Source: Spirogloea muscicola (lineage: Eukaryota). From it: a stretch of DNA of 58,301 nucleotides. Below the pieces are notes generated by a model. The model was not told the origin of the DNA and made no database searches. It was given only the letters and a program-made list of their open reading frames with translations. Within the stretch, counting starts at the first letter, position 1; each line of letters opens with the position of its first letter. The position numbers and the translations under genes were made by a program. The stretch lies in contig WELB01000017.1 in assembly GCA_009602725.1 (NCBI GenBank), positions 38,703 through 97,003 of the forward strand, in the 5' to 3' direction. Positions 47,866-58,301 of this stretch are shown here, piece after piece.

Positions 47866-49461
47866 TGCGATGTGCTTTTGTGGCCTCGGACGCAGCACAC
47901 GGGGGTGGTTTGCCGGTGGGCCTCTGCACGTGCTGCCAGCAGCGTCTATGCCCGACGAGGGTGCTCCAGCAGCTGGAGCTGCTGCCTCTTGCGCAAGCGG
48001 CCGAATGAGCGCGTGCTCCGAGAACGGCCCAAACTTGGTGGTGCTTGGCCGCGCCGCCGCTGCTGCCTCGCCCCCCGCCTGCACAGCAGCGCCGCTCAAG
48101 TCCTCTATAGCTACCTCAGCGCTTGCTTCAAGGGCACTGCAGATTGCCAGCCTGAATTGAAACTCCTGGACACTGACCGTAAACACATGTCCATCTCTGA
48201 GATCATTGCTCCACTCCGGTGCTGGACCTTGGCATTTAGTTTACGGATGACTAGAGGCAAGGTGTATACTCAGCCCTGAATCTTCCAGCTAATACTCATG
48301 GCCAGAAGTCAGCAGTAAAAGTCTACTAACATGGATACAAAGTCAAATATAGAACTTGTCCTTGACCCCTAAACCTGGACCTCTGCTGGTGCAAGCTCCA
48401 GACAGCGGGCCTGAGGGCCTGAGAAAGTTGTACAGCGGGTAACTTAGAGACTATTGACAGTAACGCCTGGGCAATGCCGTCTCATTCTTTGAGCGCCTGC
48501 TGGCTGTTGAAAGACCCCAGAGTCGAGAGTCAAGAGCAACCCTCCTCCAGCTTGCTTGGTGCAACTCGATCGCTGAGCCTAGACTGACCCAATATAAAGA
48601 CCGCTGCAATTTCTCCCTGTGCTTGGGGTGCACAGGGAGAAATTGCACCGCTGGAACACGCACATGTGAGCAACAGCAGACCTGGTGGTGGGAAAAGAAA
48701 ATTTTACACTACATCCTGAGTCCTTCATACCAAGGTTTCTGCCTCGAGAAAAAGCTGAAACAAATTCTGTGCACTGATCCCGGCCATGCAGATCCTGATG
48801 TCAAGCCGCCGTGGCGCTGGCTCAAGGTTTGCAGGGGGCGCTGCACTTTTTTTGAGCTAAGTCTACGGAGGCGGAGCAGTGGCCTGAGCCAAAGCTGTGC
48901 CGTCGGCACGTCAGCTGCAGTGCCCACCTTCTTGAGCACCATTGGCGAGGAGCCGCTCCGCCCCGTTGCAGCACCCGCCAGCGCCAAGCAGCAGTGCCAC
49001 TCTTGGAGCCGCCCACGTCAAACAATTTCTGGCAGCACTGCAAGCCGGGCCTGCTCCGCCTGGACGGCCTCCACGAGGAGCTCTTTGTCCGGCTAGTACA
49101 CAACATGGGTGCTCCAACGTCGGCAGCGACTCGGCGCGACGTCTTGGGCGAGTCACGAAGGGCTTCCGAGCTCCACGGCCCGCGGTTCTGAGGATGGCGA
49201 CTGTCAGGCCCGCCCAACGGCGGTCCACAACGTGGGCGCTCGGAGCCCGAGGTATGAGGCCCGCGCAAGCACGGCGCTGGGGCGCCTAGGCGACGACGCC
49301 GCTCCAAACGCCGTCGCCCTCATCCCAAATGCTCGTCCTTATCAGTCGTTGTGGGGCTTCACCACTGCGGGCTTCACCACTGCGGACTCCAGGCTTGAGG
49401 CGACAGCAAGCTCTTGAGGCTTTGAGACTCACGAGGCTCTTTCCTCTTTCTTCTTTTGAGG

Positions 49462-49640
49462 CTTTCCATTGCCTGCAGCATCCCCGGCACATGCCTTGCA
49501 TTCTCGTAGTGGTCGTGCCCCTGTCTGCCGCCTCAGGCTATTAGCAGGGCAACTCCGTTCCTGCTGCCAATATTGCCTACTTGACGGCTGCCGACGAGGG
49601 GTTACTGAGCAGGCACCCCACAGGGGTCTCTATGCTTTTC
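49462..49640 (+). mobile_element. Degraded CRE-like C-terminal fragment, type E
   Basis: Frameshifted AHALHSRSGRA-LSAASGY...RLPTRGY*. Confidence 0.55.
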
Positions 49641-50279
49641 GGCTTTTTCAAAGCTCACTCCAACTTTGTTCAAGATAATAACGTTCAATATAACAAAGTC
49701 CTGAACACCCTCCTGCATGCACCTGACTGACTTTTACAGCCGCTCTTCAATATCAGCAGCCGCGTTTGTCTCGAACAGTGAAAGGAGAGACCTCGGCGTC
49801 CTCGAGGTTGAGGTGCCTCTTCAATCTTGCCAGTGCACAGTCAGTGACCTTGCATAGCGTTTGTGGAGACATTGCCAACGTTTGGGAAGACCAACTGTTG
49901 GGCCAACGCTCAGCTCATCCGTCTCTGGCGACACCCTTGTCCCATCATGGCCTTGGAAAGTTTCAGCAAGCCACCACTGCTGTCAGGCTGGACTCTTGGC
50001 TCGGTTGTGTTGGATGCAAGTAATGCAAAGTCGTGCAGCAAGGGAAACCGGCTATGGCCACACCAGCATGGAGTATAAATGACATCGCCCATAGCTTTGC
50101 ATCGTCCACTCGACAGCTATGCTTAAATTGCCGTCGGTGGCAATGTCGCTGCGCGGCACGCCGCTGGCGGGTTGAGGTGGGCAGGCCTCACTGGTGAGAC
50201 TCGCAGTTGCGCAGAGGGAGTGAGTGCTCTAGGTTGCGGAAGGCGCCGCCCAGGAAATCAGAAAGTGCTCGCCCATAGA

Positions 50280-50455
50280 GAGAGAAGGCGCGCGATGCGC
50301 ATGACATTGATAGGGAGGCCAAGCCTAGCCTTACAAATGTCCTGTTATGGGGTAATGAGCTAGCTAAGGGGGACACTAATATCCGCGAGTGAGCACATGC
50401 ATATCTGACAAGCTCAGCTGAGGAGCCAAACCACCACCATGGAAGCCGTTAGCAA
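50280..50455 (-). mobile_element. CRE-like element 3' end, type D
   Basis: GFHGGGLAPQLSLSDMHVLTRGY* followed by a UTR ending atgcgcatcgcgcgccttctctct. Confidence 0.75.
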
Positions 50456-50795
50456 AGCCAGCCCCTCTTCTCTATGGGCCGACATCATGCCGGTACTCCA
50501 GAGGCGCGGCAGACCCTACATCAGGCGTCTGGATGTGGTTGCGACCCACCGCTCCGTTGCCAGCCCAAAAAGAATGGACAACGTCTAAAGGAGGCTAATG
50601 GCGAGGGCGACAGCGCAGCGCTGCATCCTGGCTGGCTTTAATAGCAGCCGCACTCCTCATCATCCACAGAGCGTGGGACGCGCCCGACGCAGAGCGAGCA
50701 GGCGGCTGTGGGCGATAGCGGCGGTCCGAAGCGGAACGGCGGCCGTGCTTGGAAGCCGCAGGCCGGCAAGAAGACTGCGGCTGTAGACAGCCAGA

Positions 50796-50810
50796 TGCAT
50801 ATAGAAGAAG
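50796..50810 (+). repeat. Target-site duplication, left copy (right copy at 53187-53201)
   Basis: tgcatatagaagaag versus tgcacatagaagaag (14/15 identical), flanking the element exactly. Confidence 0.75.
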
Positions 50811-53186
50811 AAAGTGCTCGCCCATTGAGGATAGGGGCTGGAAAAGCCAGCCCAAAGAAGAATGAACAGAGTACGAGAAGGGGGCCAGGGGAAGCGCTAA
50901 GTAAAACAAGCACACAAAGAAACAAAGCAGCTACGAATCACTCAGTAACCCCTGCTAAGCAGCCGCGGATCAGAGATGCTAGGCTCGTGGAAGTGGGTCC
51001 CCTAGCCAGAGCCAGAGGCAGCAGCGAGGGCTCTGCCAGCACGAAGGTGCAGCGCGCGGGCCATAGACCTCTGCAGCGAGACGGCCAGCCGCATTCGATA
51101 CACTTGCGCCAGCGACCCGGCTGCAGGAAAGTCTAACGGCTCCCCAGGGAAGCGACGGGTGATGGTGTGGCGGGCGAGCTGGGTGAGCAGCTCGAGCCAC
51201 GGAGCGCCCAGCGCCCCATGGGTGTCAATTGCCAACGGGAAGAATTCGTCTTCCCGCGGATGGTCGGCGTACTTGAGCTCTTTAGCCCGAGCAGCGCAGA
51301 CGACCGCATACCCAACCTTGGTGGCACATTGGGCTGGGTGTGAGCGGTCGTATGCGTCGGTGGTCACCACGTCCAGGAGAAGACGGGGCCCGCCGGCCTG
51401 TGGGGTGACCACCAGGTCTAAGCGACGGGCGTGGAAGCCGTCGGCCCTTTTCATGGAGCGGCATGACACCGGATTGCTCCGCTGCCACCGAGAAGCCAGC
51501 CTCTACCAGGATGCCATGCATCACAGCGCGGCGGCGGTCGTGGGCCGCTGTCCGCTCGCCGCCGTGGCGCAGAACATGAGCGGCCAGCTCCCCGGACTCG
51601 GCCCCTTGCTCGCCGCATACACGCTGACGCACGCCCTGGAGACATGGAGGCGGCAGTCCCAGGAGCCGGTGGACGGCAGTGCGAAGGCAGTGCGAAATAC
51701 CTCATCGGGAAGAGTGAGGGCTGTCATTGATGGGGAGGGCCTGAAGCCACGCCGCTGCCCCCCGCGAGGAGGCCGATTGAAGTCTTGCGCGCCTGCGCAA
51801 GTCGGTCTCGGGGAGCTGCAGCACGGTGGTGGTGTAGGCTGCCTTGTCGACTACGGCCGCGAAGCGCGCTTGGACGCGCAGGTCAGCAGTGTGCGCGAGG
51901 TGCGCAAAGGAGACCACCTGGCCTGCCAGGTCCGGGTGCGCCGCGAGCAGCTCCTGGTGGGCGGAGCGAAGCGACACCTGGAACGGCAGCGCGCCTATGT
52001 CAACCTCGACCACCGCCTGCTCCAGTGCACGCCGGCCGTGGACCATGAAGCGCTGGGCCACGGAGGCGGCAGTCTGCGCCCAGCTGCCGAGGTATGCAGC
52101 CCTGCAAGAACGGGCGAGCGGGCGCAGGCCGAGACCACCGTGGCTGAGGGGTATGGCCGCCTGGTGGATAGCGGCTGGCGACTGGAGGAAGCCCTAGTGG
52201 CGGACCAGGGCCGCCAAGCTCGCCACCATGCCTGCATCGAAATCCGCGTACGACGCCAACGCCCCTGGGGATGGCGGAGTGGCCCGCGTCAATTACTGGG
52301 GCCGCTGCCCAATGGCCTTGGTCAACGACAGCTGCATATCGTCCAGCTCGGGAAGCCGGGCCGCAAGCTGAAGATGCTCCGCAAGGCGGGCTCGCAGCTG
52401 CCCCTCCACGAAGGACGGCGCGCCGATGGGGACCCCCAGCAGGGTGAAGCCATCTGCTGGAGACTGGCAGCCGGTGGGCAGCGTCAGGGTGGGTGGGAGG
52501 CCGCAGGGAGACCAAGCCGCGCACTTTCGACGCCCGGCTGGACAGGCCGAGGGTGGCCAGCTGCAGCTCAAAAGTGACGAAGGCCGCCGCCACGTCTTCC
52601 GGAGGGCCGACTATGGTGGTGTCGTTCCGCGAAGGTGGGGAGTGGGACTCCTGGGTGTGCCGCCGCGGTAGCCTGCAGAGCCCGGTGGTGAGCGAGCGCA
52701 AAGTAGAAGCCGGCGAGGGGGTCCCCTTGCCGCGTGCCCGCTTGGGACTGCAGGACCTCCACTTAATCACCCCCTGTCCGCCAGAGGAGGCCGCTGGGCT
52801 GACTGTACCCCAAGCGGAACAAGGGTACCAGGGAGGGGAAGTGTGCCCGGAGCTCCTCCGCAATACTGGCGCGCTCCACAGTGTTGAAGGCATTCTTCAC
52901 GTCAACGGCCAGCACAAGCCACCCCGGGTGCTGGTCCAAGGTCGCACGAACCCCGTGGACGACGGCCTCGCCCCCACTCCGCAGCCCCGCGCCGTACTGG
53001 TGTGGCGCCATGTGCACCTGCGCCGGCCCCGCATGCTGCTGCCAGAGTACGCGGCTCACCAGGCGGTACAGGACCTCCCCAATGGCAATGGGCCTGACTC
53101 CCCCGCTCGGCTTGTCGAGGGCGAGCAGCGTGCTGGTGCACAGTACGCCGCGGATGCTGGCCGGCACATTGTCTCGGGCCATATGC
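50811..53186 (-). mobile_element. 5'-truncated, inactivated CRE-clade non-LTR retrotransposon (RT + degenerate Zn knuckle + RLE), type A
   Basis: RT motifs: LLALDKPSGGVRPIAIGEVLYRL, QYGAGLRSGGEAVVH, DVKNAFNTVER, GTRQGDPLA, FADD (broken by +1 nt at ~52625), GGLGL, AWLQALP. RLE motifs: RRLDLVV..LLDVVTTD..AKELKY..FFPLAIDTHGALG. Several stops and frameshifts are present. Confidence 0.93.
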
Positions 53187-53259
53187 TGCACATAGAAGAA
53201 GGGATTCAATTTTCACATCGGCGGAGCAACAGGCTAGGCAAATACGCCGCTCTTAATCA

Positions 53260-53855
53260 GTACCCCCTTCTCGTACTCTGTTCATTCTTTTTCGGGCTGG
53301 TTGTTCCAGCCCCTATTCTCAATGGGCGAGCACTTTCTTCTTTTCCCAGGAGCCTAGCGTATCTGACCTGAGGCTGCTTAGCAGGGGTTACTGAGTGATC
53401 CGTAGCTGCTTTGATTCTGTGTGCTTGTTTTTCTTAGCGCTTCCCCTGGCCCCCTTCTCGTATTCTGTTCATTCTTTTTTGGGCTGGCTTTTCCCTAGTA
53501 TGTTGTCGTGATTGGTAGAGTAGAGGAGTCCTTCCTCGGCTTCTCATTCTTCGGCTTTGGACATTGTCGATTCTTTTTGGGCTGGCTTTGCCAGCCCCTC
53601 TTTCTTTATGGGCGACCCACTTCCAGGACCCTAGCCTCTCTGATTTGCGGCTGCTTAGCAGGGGTTACTGAGTAATTTGTAGCTGCTTTCTTTCTTTGTG
53701 TGCTTTGGTTTCTTAGCGCTTCCTCTGGCTTCCTCTGGCCCCCTTCTCGTTCTTTGTTCATTCTTTTTTGGGCTGGCTTGTCCAGCCCCTATCCTCAATG
53801 GGCGAGCCTTCTTTCCAGCCCCTATTCTCAATGGGCGAGCACTTTCTCTTTTTCC
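53260..53855 (+). mobile_element. Head-to-tail stack of type A 3' ends
   Basis: Repeated SRGY*/UTR segments at ~53262-53345, 53355-53495, 53540-53615 and 53614-53855. The last ~35 nt are duplicated. Confidence 0.8.
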
Positions 53856-53933
53856 ACTCAGCAACTCCACCACACAATGCAATCGTTGCATTGTGTGGTT
53901 GACACCGGCAGCAACAGTGAGCGGTGGCGGTTT

Positions 53934-53962
53934 TGGCGCCAGGGTGGGGATTCGAACCCCCA
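53934..53962 (-). other. tRNA 3'-half-like sequence (T-arm, acceptor 3' strand, CCA); not a complete tRNA
   Basis: The minus strand reads TGGGGGTTCGAATCCCCACCCTGGCGCCA. No matching 5' acceptor strand is seen. Confidence 0.5.
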
Positions 53963-54072
53963 ACCGGAGCGCGAGAAGCACAGCCTGAGTGCCCGCGTTA
54001 CCCCCCTCCCTCCTCCCCCGCCCGCGCGCTTGCTTCCGCTTTCTCCCTCGCTCCCTCCCTCCCTCCCTCCCA

Positions 54073-54074
<2 letters not shown>

Positions 54075-54159
<85 letters not shown>

Positions 54160-54177
54160 NCTCTCTCTCTCTCTCTC
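54075..54177 (+). repeat. (CT)n microsatellite upstream of the J-protein gene
   Basis: About 50 CT units with one n. Confidence 0.95.
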
Positions 54178-54325
54178 CCCCCTCCCCCCCTCATTCTCCC
54201 CCCCTCTCTCTCTGCCTCGCGCGCTCGCGCCGGGCAACCGGCCGCCGTCTTGCCCGTGCACTGCTCGCCGCCCAGTCGCAAAAGGCGTGCAAGCGCAGCG
54301 CAGACGTCCACAGCGAGGCAGTCCA

Positions 54326-56154
54326 ATGGCCGCCAGGAGGGCAGGGCGCAAGAGGGCAGCAGCAGCGGCAGAGCCGGCGGCTGCGGACGAGGAGGAAGGG
54401 CCGCAGCGGCGGGAAGAGGGCGAGGAGGACGCCAACGGCGGCGCCGGCCCTGCGCCTGGCGAAGACAGGGACGGAGGCGCGGCGCCCCACCCGCTTGGCG
54501 GCAAGGACCTCTACCAGGCAAGGCTGCAAGGGCGCCCAGCCTAATTGGCTCTTGACATGGCAGCACTTTCCGCAGCAGAGATTCACAGCCGCAGCGGCGT
54601 GCCATGCAGGCGCTGGGCGTGGATCGCGGCGCGACCGCAGAGCAGATCCGGCGCGCATATCATCGTCTGGCGCTGCGTCTGCACCCCGACAAGAATCCAG
54701 GCGACGCCGTGCGCATCCCTCTGGCACCCTCGCAAGGCTTGCCTGCGCATTCGGTGCCGTGTTATTGCGCCGCAGCATGTTTGCCTATCACCCAGGCGCC
54801 CGCCACCACCGCCGCTGCCGCCGCAGGCCGCCAAGGAGAACTTCCAGAGCCTGCAGCAGGTCTTTGCCGTGCTGGGCGACGCCGAGCGGCGGCGCGTCTA
54901 CGACCAGACTGGCAGCCTGGACGACGCAGTGAGCGCCTGCAGCCAGACAGTGCGCCGCCTCTGCCGACGTCCTCGCAGAAGCCTGAGACCTGTCGTTGCT
55001 GTGGGTGACACCCCCGGCGTCATGCAATACGCAGGAGCTCTCGGGCGCCGCGTTTGACAGCCTGTACGAGTTCTACCGCAACGTCTTCAAGAAGGTGCGG
55101 CACACGCCCCCAACAATGCAAGAATTTGTGGTGCATCACCTCTCTCCAACTAGTGGACTGACGTGGGGAAATGGGCCCCTGCAACGGGCAGGTTTCGGCT
55201 GATGACATAGTGGCCTTTGAGGCCGACTACCGTGGCTCGGCTGAGGAGACGGCCGATCTCAAGCAGCTGTATCGGCGCTTCAAAGGCAACATGACCATGT
55301 GAGGCATCTCATGCAGCATCCTGCCGCTGAACGTCGAGCGGGCTTGTTGGACCTGCGAGTGGACGGCCTAAGGCGGCTACTCTGACCAGCACATGGCAAA
55401 GCTTCGCCAGCGAAGTAATGGTGGCCTGCTGCACGCTGATGGCCTTAGGGTGATGGCGTGGATGTTGTGCTCTTCTGACGCCGACTGCCACCGCTTCATG
55501 ACCATCCTAGACGACGCTGTGGCTGAAGGCGAGCTTTACTGACACCACCGTTCATGCAAGGCTTTGCACTGCTTCTCAGTGCCTCAAGGCTGTGGGGCTG
55601 GTTTCAAGGTCCTGACATGCCAGCCTTGTTTCACGCTGGTGTCACTTGCATAAGCAGGCGAGCTTCCGGAGCGCAAAGCGTACCGCCGATGGGCTCAGCG
55701 GGTTGCCAAAAGAGGGCCTCCTCCAGAGTCTCCACTGAAGCCGGCTGCCAGAAGGTCAGGCGACGAGATAGACGTCTCACACTTTCAAGCTCGGCTCCTA
55801 TTTTGCTGGTCTGACAGATGATGTTTGTTGTAATGGTAAGGTCAAGTCACACATGCAGCGACTCACTGTATTATTGCTGAGATTGTACTTGGAACTGCCG
55901 CATAGGGACGGCAATGGCGGCTCCCAGGGAGACCTCGCGGCACTCATTCGCAGCCGGCAGGGGCAGCGTGGTGAGGAGCTCGTGGCAGTGCTCGCTGCTA
56001 AGTATGGCAAGCCCGAAGGCAATCGGGTGGGCAAGCGGCGGGGCGGCGCAGAGGTAGCCGGCGGCGCTGCTGCGCACGAGCCTTCTGAAGAGGATTTTGC
56101 AATTGCACACAAGCTAGTGATGGCCCGCCGCGGCGTCGCAAAGCCAAAGAAGTA
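54326..56154 (+). CDS. J-domain protein, DNAJC9/AtJ6-like
   Basis: [114 protein letters not shown]. Confidence 0.92.
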
Positions 56155-56959
56155 GCGCAGCGGGGGACGCGGGGCTTAGGGCCCTTTCTGGGAGAGTAGT
56201 ACCACCTAGAAGTGAATCCACAATGTTGGGGCTGCATAATACGCACTTGTGGGCTTTGCAATGTGAACTCCAACCTTGCCATGCTGCATTCAAGAGTCCT
56301 CTTGTGAAGATCGCATTACACCTGGTATTATAAAGAACAGGCTTAAGGATGTGGACTGCAGCCATGCGGGGGGTGGGCGTTATAATCCTGAGTGAGCCGC
56401 CCACTAGAGAAGAGCGTTCGCCAAGTGCATGAAGCCTGGTGCTGTCGTGCACATAGTATGCCGTCGGTCAGTGATTGTCATTTACAGCGGACTTAGGGTC
56501 CAGATATCGTCAAGAGGTCGAGGAAATTTGCTGTGTCCACCGATGGTGCAACAGACTGAAGATACATTCTTGCGACCTTGCATTGGAGCTTCGAAGGGGC
56601 GACACACAGGTGTCACGCTGCGATGTAAGGCCAGGCCAGTATAAGGAGCAGTTTTGCTCAGTAAGGCGATGGCTGTGTGAGATGCCAGTCCAAGAATGAA
56701 CAAGATACAGCTCTTCCAATGTAAGGCGATGGCTGTAAGAGGCCAGCCCACAAGGAGTGAACTAGGTCCGTAAGGGCCCTTAATAAAATAATAAGCAAGC
56801 ATCATGTGGGATAATCACTTAGTAAACTCTACTTAGCAGCCGCAGGTAAGCAAGACTAGTCGCCGGAATGCAGTCCCCTTGACGAAAGCCAGAGGATGCA
56901 GCGAGAGCACAGTCAGCAAGCAGATGCAAGGCGTGGGCCACGGACTGCTAGAAAATGAT

Positions 56960-57105
56960 ATAATACAGGCGCGTGCAAGACACCTGCGCTAGCGAGCCAG
57001 CGGCGTTGAAGTCGGCCTGCTCGCCTCGCCTGAGGGACACAGCGCGGCGCGCAAGCTGGGTCAACAGGTCACGCCATTGAGATCTTGAAAGCCCCGTGCA
57101 CATCG
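56960..57105 (-). mobile_element. Diverged RLE-region fragment
   Basis: QWRDLLTQLARRAVSLRRGEQADFNAAGSLAQV is homologous to WLELLTQLARHTITRRFPGEPLDFPAAGSLAQV in the 2.4-kb copy. Confidence 0.7.
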
Positions 57106-57269
57106 TTGGAAGTGGAACGAGAGAAGACTCTGGCAGTGGAGGGTGATGGCTGCAATTGGCCAGCCCAGGAGGATAAGGAGCACTGTCCGAAGGGGCCAAA
57201 AAAAGCGCTGAAGCACACAGCGATTCAAATAGCCACTGGGTGCTCGATATCCCCTGTTGAGCCCGCAAG

Positions 57270-57519
57270 CAGAGAAAGAAGTCTCTGTGTATCGGGTCCC
57301 CTGTCTATAGCCCAAGAATAGTATGCGTGTTTGAAAAGAATGAAGAAAAAGTGGCCAAGTACAAAGGCAAGCACATCTCAAGACCTACATAACCTACAGC
57401 AGATTGACCCGCTCAGTATTCACGGGTCAAAACATAAAGGTCGCTAATCGATGCCTGAATACTAGATGGCAGATACAAAGGGAGCGAACGCTCGTACCCT
57501 TGGGGTACTGATCAACGCG
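57270..57519 (-). mobile_element. CRE-like element 3' end, type C
   Basis: ...YLPSSIQASISDLYVLTREY* followed by a UTR matching 4435-4584, with tail cttctttctct. Confidence 0.7.
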
Positions 57520-58064
57520 TACAAGGCTGGCGCACCCACGTCAACCGCGTCTGGCTCGTCCACGTCCAGCGCGGAGCGCAAGAAGGAGCGGCACTACCAG
57601 GACCATCCCCGAGGGAACCATCTTTATCCGTGTGCCATGGATATCTATGGAGGCTACGGCGTAAAATGGTCCTCCCTGATCCAGCATCTGGCCCGGCTGG
57701 TTGATGCGCGTCGTCGAAGTCGGGGGGGCAGCTTGGGCCACTCCAGCATTCCGCAGGCCTTAGTTGCATACTATAGAATGCGGCTCTCACTTCGTTTGCA
57801 GCGCTCGCAAGCATTGGCTCTTCATCAACGTGCAGGGCGCGGTTTAAGTCAGGCCTCCGGCTTTTGTGGCGGCGCTCCAGCTCCCCAAGTTGGCTTGTCG
57901 GATCTGTTTGTGCTCACCCGTGGGTACTGATATTACCTTAGGCACCTTGGTTTCGGTTTCCGTATTATGTAGCCCTGTTTAGTTTGCCCTTGACTCTGCC
58001 TGAACAATGTGTCGGCTTGAATTGGCCTCCATCTCATTTCATGCGCCCCGCGCGCCTTCTCTCT
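57514..58064 (+). mobile_element. 5'-truncated CRE-like element, type B (RLE C-terminus + 3' UTR)
   Basis: AERKKERHYQDHPRGNHLYPCAMDIYGGYG..YRMRLSLRLQRSQALALHQRAGR..LSDLFVLTRGY* (stop ends 57930). The UTR ends ccttctctct. Confidence 0.85.
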
Positions 58065-58301
58065 TTGGGCTGGCCCCCCTTTGTGCCTCACTCCTCTAGC
58101 AGCCGGCCCTCCCTTTCCCCTCCGCCGTCCCTCATCCTGCCACTGCTGCCAGGCCAGGTCGACAAGACCCTCATCGGCACTTCCGGCCATCCTTCCCCAC
58201 CCCCCCATCCCTCCTGCTATGGATGCTGCCTCACTCCTCCTCTAGCAGCTCCAGCAGGACAGGATGTCAAGGCCCCAATCGTGGCACTTCCAGCCCTCTT
58301 C

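Noticed and set aside
51159..53371. Long plus-strand ORFs (472 aa and 292 aa)
   Set aside because: They are GC-rich antisense shadows of the retrotransposon ORF.
53855..53899. Helitron 3' terminus (hairpin plus CTRR)
   Set aside because: A CTGA follows on the minus strand, but there is no A/T insertion context or second copy, and the hairpin is AT-rich.
53934..54010. Complete tRNA gene
   Set aside because: There is no 5' acceptor strand, D-arm or anticodon arm, and the T-stem has a mismatch.
53655..54932. ORFs with (RE)n and (SL)n runs
   Set aside because: They are translations of the (CT)n microsatellite.

Overview
Eukaryotic, intron-rich, GC-rich nuclear DNA with two N-gaps. It is most likely from a streptophyte green alga (inference: it has a KAC kinesin, its SCC2 lacks the land-plant PHD finger, and it carries TTTAGGG-type interstitial repeats). 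Nine housekeeping genes alternate in orientation: plastid PSRP6 (partial, +), an APT/carboxylesterase-like hydrolase (-), KAC kinesin-14 (+), RPS12 (-), SAS10/UTP3 (+), SCC2 (-), CPL1-type CTD phosphatase (+), MPG glycosylase (-) and a DNAJC9-like J-protein (+). Three intergenic patches (~4.4-8.8, ~49.5-53.9 and ~56.6-58.1 kb) are dense nests of CRE-clade, RLE-type non-LTR retrotransposon fragments. These include one 2.4-kb 5'-truncated copy with a 15-bp target-site duplication. At least 4-5 subfamilies share a C-terminal SDLxxL(T/S)RGY* signature, but have different 3' UTRs ending in CT/TTC tails, and appear to insert into one another. Other oddities: a hydrolase whose nucleophile Ser is replaced by Gly, a SAS10 that also carries Lcp5/neuroguidin motifs, and a KAC with more canonical motor motifs than recalled for angiosperms. 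Exon boundaries were read by eye and family assignments come from motif recall, not database searches.
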